Assembly: GCA_013265495.1 (NCBI GenBank)
Contig: MU057651.1
Coordinates: 2,022,948 to 2,086,947 of the forward strand
Direction of reading: 5' to 3'
DNA length: 64,000 nucleotides
Origin: Vicugna vicugna
Taxonomy: Eukaryota
Shown here: piece by piece, positions 39,661-52,768 of the stretch
Layout: the number at the start of each line of letters is the position of its first letter
Position numbering within the stretch: position 1 is the stretch's first letter
Notes under the pieces: generated by a model
Databases searched by the model: none
Told to the model about the DNA's origin: nothing
Seen by the model: the letters and a program-made list of their open reading frames with translations, nothing else
Translations under genes and position numbers: made by a program

Positions 39661-42600
39661 ACAAGACCCAATATTCTGTGCAACTCGTCGTGATGAGTGT
39701 GTCTCACTCAAATTCTTGGCTCTTCATCTTCCATTTCTTTTGCCTAAAATGATTGCCAACCACGACCTGACTCCATGCATCTCAGACACTTTTCTCCGTC
39801 TCATCTCCCCTCCCACCTCCACGTTGACCATTGTATACTTTACAGCACATTTCGTGTCCCCTTTGACTTTGCATATGTGCCACCTGACTGTCCCACGTGC
39901 TCTTTGGACACCAGCATGGTTCGAGCGCCACTGGTCATCGCTTCTGCTCTCTCCCCGCGTGGCCGCGTAATTACTGTAGAAGAAAACGGAGCATCCACTT
40001 TAAGACAGCTCACTAGAGAAAAACGGTCATCGTAAAAATGACGTTTGAAATATTAATTTACAGGGTTCCACTATCTGCGTTGCTACAGAGTTAAATTAAA
40101 GAAGGCGCTTTGAGAAGAGGCCAGAGGCCACGTTATCCACTGAAGCTCACGGAACGCTTTTGCTCGTTCTAATGTTTCCATAGAAACGGGCACAACGCGA
40201 GTAAAGGTGATGCCAGGCCCCTTCCGGATGATTTTCCTTCACTAATGATTTTCAAGAATCAGATTCTATTTCTCCCCTGAGCAGGGTCATTATCCGCTCG
40301 CTAGGAACTAACCAGTGTCCTCACAGGAGTCAAAGCATCGCTCATTGAAAAGCAGAATCTGTGTGAAGCCATTGCTTCAGAACAACACAGCTTAACTCTG
40401 TGTTGAGTGACATCTGACGTGCGGCCCTGACACAGACCCTCTCGGGTTGCTGAGATGCCAACGGAGGAACAGAAAGAGACAAAAGTCTCCCGGAAATACT
40501 GAAAATGAGCACTTAACATTCGATCGCCCAGGGAAGAATTTTTATGAGCCACAAGGTGCAATGATTTGACTTGAGAAATAGAGTCGGTGGACTTCTCGGG
40601 CCACGTTCCGGGGAAACGCAAGACAGTCCGTCCCTCTTTGAGCTTTTATCACTGCCCTCATGTCGCTCAGAAGGGCTGCACGTGGCAAGGCTGCAGACGT
40701 GATGTGCCTGCAACAGCCCCCTCCACGTTCTTCGGCCATCCAGACACTGCCGTCCTGGCCAACGTGGTGGAGGCGAGTAAGGGCGTCGATGTGTGCTTAC
40801 GCTGTCTGGGCGTGTGATTGTGCCACGGAGAAGCTAGAGTTCTCACCCTGCCGTGGGATGGTGGCTCAGAGCCAAGGCACCCCCACAGCACAGGCACCTG
40901 CCGTTAGACAGAAGGGGGCGGGGCTCCACCCACGCGGACAGACGGTGGGAGTCGGCACATTCCTTGAAGTTTCTGGCCGGAGCTGAGGTCGTCCCCATCC
41001 TCAGAGCCCTGCCGTGGACCTGCTAACCAGGCTCCGAATCTACCCGGCATGCCCTTGAATGAGGCATCATAGACATAAATAAACTGTATGGATAGTATTG
41101 CAAATATCAGTGGAGAGGTGAGGCTTCCACAATTTCCAAGTCCAGGTCTGTGTTGATTTTTGAAGCAAGAAATCACTTACAGGAATCATTCCTCACTGGG
41201 TACATCCATATCCGTCAACTTTTCCCCCAAATTTAATCCAGTTACTTCTACAGTAGAATTTGGCTTCTCTTATCCAAAGACTGGGTGCCCAGTATGATTG
41301 GTTAATTCCAGATCTAGTAGGAATGCCACGCGCCATCATTTTTACTCCCCTCCAGAGCCTGCTTCTAGGCACATTTGATGATTTCCATCAGCATCACAGC
41401 CATAATTGTCTGTTCATGTATGAACTTCTTCACGTGGGTTATATATTTCATGTTATTTCATCGTGTCCAGCCATAACGTTAACCAAATTTCTCTGATCCA
41501 CTAGACGGTGGTGCTCTGTCTTCACACAATATTCCTTCGGTATGAAAACTTAGTTGCTGCATATGAAGTAATTACGTCTGGTTGGCCCCATCTTGAAGCT
41601 CTGCTGGTTTGATGACTCTCTCCTTCCACGTCACTGAGCGCGTGAGTTTATCATCACTGGCCATCATGAAGCTGCCAAAACCCGAGCCCTAACTAGTAAC
41701 CCACTTTCCCCCTTAAATGTGTTTTCCTAATTTTTGACACTGCTGTCCAACAGCTGGTTTTAAGGGAGTCGGAGTCCATTTCTTTCCTGCGCAATCAGTC
41801 AGATCTATTTTCAGAAGCTTTTTGCACTACGTGATATCTGGGGAGATCTGTTAACTCTACCCAGCCTCCAACATCCCCACATTTTAGCACTGATTTATCG
41901 ACTTCAGAATTGCATCTTGCAAGACACTGTAATTAGTGGTGCTTTAGCCTCCTGTCTGGTCCTGGTGCTTCAAGATCAAAGGGAATCAAACTTTGGCCAC
42001 GTCACATTCATGCGGGTTTTTGTATTAGCCCGCACATCACTTAGGGCAAGGCCAAATTTCAAAAAATTTCTCTCTCGATGGCAAGATTCTTCTTTCAGGG
42101 AGGAAAGAGGTCAAAATCAGTACTTCCACAGGTTTCTGACCCTCTGTAGCCATCACTGTATTTTGCTATTTTATTTTGCACGCAAGCAAAATATTTTGGA
42201 TGTTATCCTGGATAACAAGTGTCATTAATATTTTGGCCCCAATCATTCTGTAGTCTTGTGATGTTTCTCCCACTTTTAGGGAGAACCTGAAAATGTATCT
42301 GAAGGTTAACAAATTGTCTTGGGTTCCATATTTGGGGTGTGTGTGTGTGTGTGTGTCTCAGAGATTTATTTGTACCACCAGGGACTATTTTGGGGGTCGA
42401 ACATCTGATGTACCTAAATACAGAGATACATTTCCATATCCTGATTTTTCTAGGTAAATATACCATCCACTTTTTTAGATTAGTGGAGTCCAAATTTTTT
42501 TAGCCGAACGTGTAAGACTCATGTACAATCTAACCAAAGTCTATAGCGTTCTGTCGTCAGCCTGGATTTTTTGGTTTGTTTGTTTTGCACTTCAGAACCC

Positions 42601-44040
42601 TGGTTGCTTGCCAGTCTTGGAACCCCTGAATCATACAATTAAATCCTTTTAAATACTCGAGTTGTCTGAGTCTGTTTCATCAGCTCACTTTTCTGGTTGA
42701 CTTTTAAGGAGCTGGGTTCTGACATTTGGGGTTTCATTGTTTCCTTTACATCTTCTAACGCCATCTTATTTGTCTTTATAAAATCTGATTTTAATAGGAG
42801 TCACTAGCTGAACTGCTTGAATTCACGATAAAATGTTTCATCACAATTTTTTTTTCACCCAAGTCATCTTCCCCAGTGAAGAGCTTTCTGCCACTACTTT
42901 GCCTTGCTTTTTGTCTTTGTTATATTGAGGCATTTACTGCAGGCTTTTTTTCTGTTTTTTTTTTATCAACATAATATTGACCCCGTGCCCTCAAATTTTT
43001 TTAGGTGAAATGCACACAACATAATAATAATCATTTTAAAGTGTATGAGGCAATGGCGCCTGTACCTTCACCATGTTGGGCACCCGCTTCCTCTTGTCTG
43101 GTTCCAAAGCATCGCCATCACCCTCAAAGGAGGTCTCATAACCCGTCATCCCCATCAACAGATGAAGGGACCTGCGGAAAGTGGTGGCACCTTGTGAGGA
43201 AATATGATTGTCAGAAAAAGGAACAGGGTACAAAGACCTGCGACACCATGGATGCACTTCTTGACTCTCTTGTGACCGTTATGCACATGGTGGTGTCAAG
43301 TCTTCCAGGCTCCAGCGTTTGCAGAGTTTCTGTGAAGAGGAGCAGGGCGGGGAGGGCGTCTTGTGGGTCCCCAGGATGCGATGGGCGAATCTCTCCTTCT
43401 TCCCAGCCCGCAGCAGGATGCGCAAAGGGAGACGCCTTCCGGAAGCTTCCTGGAAGGACAGGGCTCTGAGGCTCTGTCCTCCTGCTCTGAGGTCCGCAGC
43501 TACGCACTCCAGCACCTCTCGGATGCTGTTTCAGTCCACCCGCCTGCCTTTCCTCCCGCACCGCGTTTCAGGATTATGGATGCTTCCTCGTGTGGTCGAA
43601 GATGGAGTCTGAATTCCTCTCGCTCATTCCTCTTGCCTTTGAATGACATTCAGAGGGCCAAGGTGGCAGCACCATTTTCATCCCGCCGTTCTTCTGAGAC
43701 TAGTGTTTTAAAAGCACTTTCGTATGAATAATCACCTCCATCTGGGTGACACCACTGTGTGGCTGGGATATTATCTGGGTGGTGACAAATCTCCTGGGAT
43801 CACTGGGGCTGTCAGTGGCCGTGATGTGACTGGGACCGGATTTTTCCATTTCCCAAAAGTCTCTCTTCAATATTTTGTGGCACGATTTGTGACACTTGGA
43901 GAAGATGAACTAAGATATTTGAGACTAAATTCTTCAAATGTCCAAAGGAGACTATCGAGTTATCTGTACATTTGATGAATAATGTATAGCAAGTATTAAA
44001 TACATAGCGTGTGTTCAATTAATGCCGAGTATGTTTGCAT

Positions 44041-44493
44041 TGGCAGGTGAAAAATTAAGCAGTCGATGGAAGGAGGAAATGGGAGATTTTATTCAAGCCA
44101 AATTTGAGGATTGGAACCCAAGAAGAGCATCTCAGACAGTGTTGAGAACTGCTCCACACATCAGAAATCAAGGCAGTTATATACATTTTTTGAGATAGAG
44201 GGCTATGGATCGAATGACGTATTATTGACAGTTGACAGAATCCGGATCTAAATGTCATGCTGATGTGTCATGTGACCCCTTACAAAGTCAAGAAGGAATG
44301 TTAACCTTTAAGGAGTTGTCCTGTAGGCTCTTTACGGCTGACCAGGTGTCCCTGCCAATGGGGTGGGTTTGGGGGAAGCAGAATGTGGACACACGGTGCA
44401 CAGTGCAGGGAGAAGGGGGTCAGAGGGCAGAGAAGAATTTTTTCCTGCTTAAATTTTCCTTGTCTTGCCATAACATATGAATTTTATTTCACA
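44041..44493 (-). mobile_element. ERV1-type solo LTR
   Basis: Minus-strand AATAAA (gattttattc) and TATA (ttatatac); ends ttttatttcaca (TGTGAAAT start on the minus strand). Confidence 0.65.
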
Positions 44494-47400
44494 CCTTAAA
44501 CGACCTGAACAAACTGAATTCATGAGATGGTGTTGTCTTCACTGCAACAGGTGTGATTTCCAAATTCCTGTGCCAGAGCTCATCTTAAAATGAGCCCTAG
44601 TTAGGAGAACAGGTCTCCCCCGGTCTGATGAGTAAAGAAGAGAGTTGGTGTAGTGTCTTCCCAAGGGTGCGGCGCCTGCGTGCGGATGCACACGTGTGCT
44701 AAAGCCAGGGTCACATCCCAACCCCACCACCAGGTGAGATCGTGATCGAACCTCACCTGTGGCTCGTCACGCCAAGCAAGTCAGCTTTGCAGACAGGGGA
44801 GGATGGGCGACACGGCGCCCCTGGTCCCCGGGAGAGGGGTCCCCCCTTCACACCTCAACGGAGCAGCCCTCTGGTTTCTCAGCCAGCCTCGCGGGGCTTC
44901 CTTGGCAACTGGTTCCCTTCCTGCATCCGATCATCTCCGGGTTCCTTCAGAACGGCAAATCGCTGAAGCTGCAGAGCTGGGAAGCAGAAATCAGATCACG
45001 AGCGAGCTATAAACGGCACAGCCCGGGAAGACAGCTGGCCTCCTTGGGTGGCACTTGTGCCCTCACGCAACCCAGGTTCTACCGGAAGGCGTGCGTGTGG
45101 AGAGCGCTCACTCACGAGCAGCTGACTGTCCACCTGCGATCTAAGCTCCTCTGGATGGACTGAGACTTCCTCCCTTTCCCTCTGCTCATTCCACTCATCA
45201 GAGGCCATGACAACCCTCCAGTTACTCAGAGGAAGTGCTATAAGTTTGCACATCGTTCTGGGGAGCCAAACGGGTCGGCATTTCTAAGCTTTTTTTTTTT
45301 TTTCCTTAAGGATGCTTATCAGCTTAAATACGGAAACAGATCCAAATGGTGCCTCATCACATTAAAAAAAAAAAGCATGGTAGAGAATTCTCCCATTCAA
45401 AAAGTCAGTTGTCCCTCTGCTGCTTGTGCTAAACCAGATACAGGCACCTTAAAGAGGTGACTTACGGCATCTAAAAGTTGGCAACGCAGCACGCGCATTA
45501 GCATCGTCCGTTTGTAAGGTTGGTAAAGACACTTATGCTGGAGTCTCTCCCTGGAAATGAATGAAGGACCGAAGACTTTTGTTCCGAAAGGGGGATCGAG
45601 GCTGCCCGTTAAGGGGACTGTGTTCGCTTTAAGTAATGCCTGCGCTCTCTGCAGATTCTTCCACGTTTAAAACACATCCTGCAGCAGTAACACCAACATC
45701 ATAAAAAAGTAGAGAAAAGAAGCCTAAAACACTTGGAAATGGAAAACCTTATGATCCTGACGTTCCGACCGCCACTTTCCAGCCACCGTGAACCACGCTG
45801 ATCCGCATCACGCCCATCTTTCCACGCTGGCCAGGAGCACACGTGGCTTCCGCGAGTCACACGCACCAAGCGTGGACCACGAGGGCCTCTCCCCTTGGGA
45901 GCTTTGTCGTCTGCTTCCTCCCCGTGTGTGAGTCCTGACTCCACCCTCCTGTACGTCTCCGCCTTTGGAGGAAGTCCTCCCACTTGTCGCTTGGACCCTG
46001 GCTTCTGCGTGATGATTTATTTCTGGGCCACTCTCTGGAGTCTCCCCTGAGAATTCCGCCTCCTGCCACCCGCTGGGACCAACCAGCTGCCCTCTGCGAG
46101 CCCTCTGCAGGCCAGGCAGAGAGAGCTCTGGGAGGTGGCCATGGGTTTCTGGATCTCTCCCCACCATGTAGGACACACTTGGACCCACGTTGGCGTATGA
46201 CATCTCTAAATGGCATATGTGTCTCCATGTTTAGGGGAAGGAGAGACAGAGCCGAGTCATGAGACAGCTTCAATTTACGCTTCACGTGTAGGCAGCTGTC
46301 AGCTTATATGACCTTTTTCAGGCTGTCAAGGCTTACACATCCGTAGTCCCAAGTGTGTTTATCATGAGCTTCCCTAAGGAGCCAGATACATCCCCTTGGA
46401 GAAAGATGCCCGTCTGCCTAGAAGACACTGCAGTGTGTCACCAACAGAGCAGCCAAGCGGACAAGCCATGGAATCACCTTCCTTTTTCTCCCGGAGCAGT
46501 TCCTTGCCCTCGTACCTGCTACGAGGCTCACTCGAGGCAGCCAGCGTGGACACTGGAGTCCTCGTCCAAGACACGCAAAAGCGAAGGGCCAGGGGATGGA
46601 GAAGCACGTCGGGGTCAGTGTGAAGAGGTGCTTAGAACTGAGGCTGAGAACACCGTAAGGATAGCCCGAATCGTGCAAGATGCAAGCGGAGGTTTCCAGG
46701 GAGGAAGTCACCCATCTCCTCGGGAGACGCTGTGGTCCAGGAAACTCAGGACTCTGGAACTGGAGAGATCTGGTTTCAATTAGAGCCCCATCTTCACCAA
46801 CCCAGGGGCTCTATGAATAAGGCCTCTCACTTCTCGGAGCCACGGCCCCCTCACCCACGGAGGTGAGCTCACAGCACTGTGTGTCGGGGGGCGAGCTGTG
46901 CGGGCTGGGTGCCGTGCAGGCACGGTGAAAGTGTCACCTTTTCCATGCTCCCCGGGGCTGCCACCACCTCGTGCAGGCTTCCAAGCCAAAAAGTTCTACC
47001 AAAATAGTGAGAAAAATCACCAGAAACTTGAATACAGGCAAAAGAAATGTTTGGGTTTCCTTTCAGTGCGGAGCTGGTGTGGACCTTCTAATGAGCAGGC
47101 CACTTTGTGACTCTGTAAGGGCAGGGGACAGCGGCAGACATCTCCCCAGCAGAGCTGCAAATATTTCTATCCAGTGGAACACATGGCCCTAAACAGCATG
47201 GCCTGTAGCCCTGCTGGATGCTAACCTGCATTGCATTTAAGCCAGCTGTCTGCTAAATTACCTTTATAGCTCTCGGTTCTCAAACGCTGTTTGGACAGCT
47301 TAACACCACCCGGGCCCCCTCGGGAGCTGTGCAAAATCTCTGACTCACGCCTACTTTGCATTAGCATGGAAGCTGTAGTCAACCCCTGGACCATTACAAC

Positions 47401-47783
47401 CTGACCACATGTAGGACCCAAGATCACGCACCATCCTATGCACTCGTGCAAAGGCAGGTGGAAAGGAGACGTTTTACTGACACCAGGTGCCAGGTGGGAA
47501 GTGCGAACAATGAGGAAGACTCCAAACCCTCTCACTGCGGTCCCCTCATTCGGTCCTCCCTCCTCTGCTCCCGGAGGGCGGTGGGGCATCCTCTGCTTTA
47601 AGGGGACCCTCTCTGCTCTGCGGGCAAAAAAGGCTGACTCTAAGTCTTTGAGATCAACCTGGCCTTCTGCCTTTCACCAGTCATGCTTTATCGCAGAATC
47701 ACTTCCTTCACCCTCGGAATCCCACGTTCCAACAAACGGAGCAAGACGAGGGTGTGGATCTGGAGTCAAAGACACTCAGGTCA

Positions 47784-47882
47784 GGGGGGAGGGAAATAGC
47801 TCCATGGTAGAGCACGTGCTTCGCACGCACAGAGTCCGTCCTGGCTTCAATCCCCAGCACCTCCGTTTAAAGAAATAATAAA
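47784..47882 (+). mobile_element. vic-1-like tRNA-Ala SINE
   Basis: gggagggaaatagctccatggtagagcacgtgctt...ttcaatccccagcacctcc; TSD-like aagacactcaggtc / aggacactcaaatc. Confidence 0.82.
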
Positions 47883-48537
47883 GGACACTCAAATCGTCTC
47901 TTGTCCTGTTCTTAGTATTTTGAGTCACTTACTCCGTTCTCCACGCCCTGTAGGATAAACTACTGGAATTTGGGTCAAAAACAGAGTCCGTTGTGCAGAC
48001 GTGGTCCTTGATCCACATGGCTTCCTTAAGGTGGCTATTCTGAGGACAGAGCTGCCATGTCTTAGGTTTCCAGGACTGGACAAGTCACCATTTCCTCAGC
48101 AGCGGTGTTTGTGCAGGATGAACTCTATTGAATCTCTTCTCACGAGAACTCTGTCCACCTTTGCTTTCAGGAGCGTCAGAGTTACCTTTCTCTTGGCGTT
48201 TTCCAGAACATTCTATCTCTAGAAGTCTCCTTACTTATCCCTCAAGGTTTCTGTCCCGTCCCACTGGACATGGCTTCCGTTTGGTTTACCCTTCAGTGAC
48301 AAGGCTGGTGTCTCTTCAAACAGGCCAGCTGGCCGGAGAAAGTCTACAGCCATGAGTAACTAGGAATATGGGGGTCACTCTATGAAAGGAAGTTCAGGAG
48401 GGTGCCCATGCCATGAAACCTGCTGTGTTTGTCACCTGGGAGTGACCAATGTTAAGGACAATCTTTCTTAACACTCTTGTTAGGAAGTATATAGGGTAGA
48501 GGCTGGGGCTCTGGAAAGTTTGCTATGTCCACCCTAC

Positions 48538-48599
48538 TGGATGGATGGATGGATGGATGGATGGATGGATGGATAGGTAGGTAGGTAGATAGATAGATG

Positions 48600-48641
<42 letters not shown>

Positions 48642-48790
48642 CAGACAGACCAGTAGGATAGAAGGATGGATGGATGGATGGATAGGTAGGTAGGTAGGTA
48701 AGTAGATAGACAGATAGATAGAATGGGTGGATATATAGATGATGATGATGATGATAGATAGATAGATAGATAGATAAGTTAGATAGGTGA
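48538..48790. repeat. Compound tetranucleotide microsatellite (GGAT/AGGT/AGAT/AGAC) plus (GAT)n
   Basis: Directly visible in the sequence. Confidence 0.95.
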
Positions 48791-48797
48791 ATAATAA

Positions 48798-49175
48798 TTG
48801 ATGGGTTGAATTTTGTGCTCCCCAAATTAGCAAGATAAAGCCCTCACCCCCAAGACCTCAGAATAGGTCAGCATTTGAAGACAGGGCCTTCAAACAGGTG
48901 ATTAAGTTGAAATGAAGCCCTAATCTAATCTGATTGGTGTCCTTATAAGAAGAAACTGGACATTCAAAGGGACCAAGGATGTGCACAGGGAGAAGAGAGA
49001 CCAGGTGGGAACACAGCAAAAAAGTCTACCGTCTGCAAGACAAGGAGAGAAGTTAACATCTGCCGTCACCTTGATCTTGGACTTCCGGCTTTCAGAATCG
49101 TGAGAAAATAAATTCCTGTTTTGGAAGCTAACCAACTGTGGTGTTTTGTGCTGGCAACTTTGACAAACTGGTAGA
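48798..49175 (+). mobile_element. MaLR MLT1 (A/B/C-type) solo LTR
   Basis: tgggttgaattttgtgctcccc...gtgattaagttgaaatga...ggtgtccttataagaag...caccttgatcttggacttcc...gtgagaaaataaattcctgtt. Confidence 0.85.
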
Positions 49176-51344
49176 GCGAGCACAGGCAAGAGAGAGAGAG
49201 GTTTCACTTCCTCTGGACTCCAATTTTCCAGCTCCAGTGATGTTTTGAAAGATAATAAGAGGTGGGCATGCAGGAGAGAGTATATTTTTACAAGTTATTT
49301 TTGCATTTTGCTCCTAACAGCACAAATAATGCTCACTGGTGTATTGCCAGGGTAATTTTTGTCAGTGGCTGATTTGTCTGGAAATCATTTCGCTTGCAGA
49401 CAAATTGCACCTATAGTGGTATCATTTTGCCTGGACTTTCATTTTCTGAAAACAAAGGTGTCATTTTGATCATCCCCGAATAAATGATGTTATTGTCAAC
49501 GGTCTCTCCTTGGTGCGGAAAGTGTCTTCCTCTTAGCTATAATCACAGACTCACACCGTCCCAACCATACGGCTTAGGTGACCGGTGAGGGTCCAGCATA
49601 CATTTCAATTTATGAGAAGGTTCTTGAATAACAGGTTTCTCTTCTTGATCATTCCAGTTTAACGCATACCTCTAATGTGTGTTATTATGGACGCTTCTTT
49701 CCTACATGAATTGTCGGTGCCTGTGTGATGGCTGTTCCTTGCTCACTGCACTGAATTTAACCTAATGCTCCCATTAATGTTCATGGGAACTGCCCAGTTA
49801 AAACTCGTGGAAGCAAATTAATATGCCCTGCAGTCCTTGGACATGACTTTGGTGCATTTTATATTATTAATCTCATTCACTGATGGACTTTCTATTGTTA
49901 TAATTAGACGTAATGAGAACAGATACCTTCGGCAGCAGAGGAATGAGGAGGCTAGCTCTTTGGTGGCTGATCTAGGAACGCTAAAGAGCCAATGTTTAAA
50001 TTCAAAAAGAAAGTTCACAGAATGATTCGGTGCTTGTGTGAAATGCCGGGCCTCCTGTCTCTGGTTGGAGCAAGGTCTCCTGTGCCTGCGTAAAACAACC
50101 CTATTCTGGGTGCTTCCAAAGAACCTAGCGCTCACAGCAGCTCCCTGGAGAAGGAACTGCACCCCCTCCCCTCTCCCCAGAGAGGAGCAGAGCCACTCGA
50201 GGTCTTTGGGGTGCTTCATCCATGGCATGAATTATTGCATCAAGAACTCAACCAAGACATGCGAGATTTTCATGCTGGCCAAGAACTTGTTGATTTTCAG
50301 AGCGATGTTTTGGAGTCTCTGATTAATGCAATTCGGGGACGAGGCCTGCGGAGGAGGGTGGGAGCAGGGCTCCCATGGTGACCCGGCCCCCGGCACACCC
50401 CACCAACCACCCGCCAAGTCACCGCATTCTCCTCGGAAGACTCTTCCGCAGAGACTGACCCCAGAGCATCTTCTGCCGGGGCCTCCAGCAAGCCCCGCTC
50501 AGCCCCGCCGCTCCCTGGCTGTGCTGCTGCTCTGGAAAACACCAGGGGGTCCTGTGCTTTCTCTTCTTTACTTTTCTTCTCTTTTTATCTCACTTCGTTT
50601 TCTTTATTCACTTTTTCTTTGCTTCCTTTTTCTCCGTTGGAAAAAAAACAAAGTGTTACATATACAGGTGGGCCCGTCACCCAAATTATTCACCCTCCTG
50701 AGAGTTTCCTGAGGGCAGTACATTTATTTATCACACACTTCATACTTGTCCCGCAAGTTCATGTGCCTGTGACAATGTAAACAATTGTTTTGTTGTAACT
50801 TTAAAAAATTTTGCCGGACTGGATTGATGGAGATTGACTATGGAGACATATACACATGTATAAATACATGTGGAGGTATATGTACAATCGTGATGTGTGC
50901 ACCATGTGTTGTGTTGTTGGCATGTTTAGGTTATATATGTCATGTATGGCATCACATATATACAACTTTCTATTTTCATTTTTTGTCCCTATTAGGTGAA
51001 CCTGGGTCATTTCAAACACCGCTCGCTGAGATAGTCCCTGTGGGTCCCCTGTTTTTGTGGGCCTCCCTTCCTGCCTCACAGACTGAAAAGCCAAGACCCC
51101 GAGCCTATGAACCCTGTCCTGCCCTGATCCCTCTCTGACAGCAGCACCAGGTGTTCAGCTCTTGGCTCAAAATTCCTCTTCTAAAATTCTAAGTTTTAAA
51201 CGGTTCCAAAATCCCTCTTCATTTCTGGCACCTCAATTTTTTCTTTCTCTGAACCCAGTTGTGGGTCTGGGATGTGTTTCTATTGTGATATTTTATCCAG
51301 CATTTTTCGAAGTAGCTCAGTTTGCCAGGTTGCTGGAAACAGTC

Positions 51345-51455
51345 ACACTCCCATTTTAGAGATGGAAAAACTGAGGCTCGGGGGCATTAACTAACCTCCC
51401 TAAAGGCACAGGAACTTGGGACTGCAGCACAGCTCTGCCTCCAAGTCCAGTTCTT
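51345..51455 (-). mobile_element. MIR fragment
   Basis: cccattttagagatggaaaaactgaggctc. Confidence 0.65.
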
Positions 51456-52402
51456 TCCTCTCTCCCTGCACTTGCTACACACTGCCTCCTCTTTTCAAGG
51501 TCAAATAGCGATTTATCTCAACTCCATTACTCTTTCCAAAGCCGTACAAATGGGAATACTTAATTCCTGCATTCCTAAAGCCACTGCAGAAAATGTGAAT
51601 GGATATATCCCAGAGAGTTATTTTCATCTGCACTCTAATTTTGGGTTTTAATGGCGTGACAACACTACAGTTATAGACAAAGGCTTGGGATTCAAGTCCA
51701 ATTGTGCGGTTTCTGCCAGGTGTCTCCACCCCCATTCCCAGGTCCTGCACTCCCCTGAGTGCCCCGGTCCTGAGGCAACTTCTGCTCACAGGCATCGACT
51801 TTCCGATGTCTCCCCTGGTGTGCATAATGCTGAATGCTTTGCATCGCATCTTCCCAAATTGGAGGTCTGATTTCTGCCCGAGTGTTTACATCTTCCCGTG
51901 TTAGTCTTCGAGGATCTTGATTCTGATTGATTTTAGCTCTCACTTAAAAAGCTCACAGGATGTAACTTGTTTCGGCTCCTGCCTCTTCCCTGTCAAAGAC
52001 ACTGAAGGAAAGCTGGCGGCAATGGCTCCTCAGCTTGGTTTTGCGACGCTAGGCCAGTCTCTGAAAACCGCGAAGGACTTGGAGGGGAAGAAAAGAATTG
52101 ATTCACGTTAAGCTCACCTTCACTGATCATCTATAATATGTTAGCTACTGTGTTAGTCAGAAAATATCCTATCCTATGTTTATTTGAGAGAGAGCGTCTC
52201 TTATGATGCCAGAAGACATTCTTTCCTCCTGCAGAACAATTAGTGTCCAGGTCTCTCATCCATCCAACTGCGCATGCTCCCACCCTCCCTCCAAAACCTA
52301 GTGTCTGCCGTGGGCCAGAGGTTGCATCTCTGGGTATCCTCTGATGTAAAGATTTTTTTTCTGGTCTGTTCTGGGTAAACGTCCTGCTCAAAACTTGCTA
52401 CG

Positions 52403-52768
52403 TATATTTATCAGCTTGCTAGGGCTGCTATTAAAAAAGACCACAGAAGGGGTGACGTCCACAGTTGAGTTTCATTTCTCGCATTTCTGGGAGCTGGAGG
52501 TCCATGATCAAGGTGGGCACAGGCTGGTGTCTCCCGGCGCCTGTCTCTGGGGTGTGTAGATGGCCACCTCCTCACTGTGCCCTCGCATGGCCTCTTCTCT
52601 GTGTGCACCCTTGACGTCTCCTCCTCGTCTTACGAGGATGCCTGTCCCCACCCCTTCACCCTCATTTAACCTTAATTACCTCTTTAAAGCCTCCGTCTTC
52701 AATTACACCCACATTAGCAGTTCCAGTCTCAACATGTGAATATAAAGGGGGCATAACTCAGTCCACAG
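52403..52768 (-). mobile_element. MaLR MLT1 solo LTR
   Basis: gctagggctgctatt...ttctgggagctggaggtccatgatcaaggtg...cctcatttaaccttaattacctctttaaag...tcaacatgtgaat...tcagtccacagca. Confidence 0.85.

Noticed and set aside
48523..48833. SIYL/SIHP-repeat ORFs
   Set aside because: Translations of the compound GATA/GGAT microsatellite.
49200..50420. Endogenous bornavirus nucleoprotein-like element (ARFFG and ESPGK motifs on the minus strand)
   Set aside because: The motifs are about 230 codons apart and in different frames, versus roughly 100 residues in bornavirus N as I recall it. The intervening sequence does not align, so this is probably coincidence.
22631..51828. Exact 17-mer CCCCTGGTGTGCATAAT at 22631 and 51812
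   Set aside because: Flanks are unrelated, and about 0.1-0.2 such matches are expected by chance in 64 kb.
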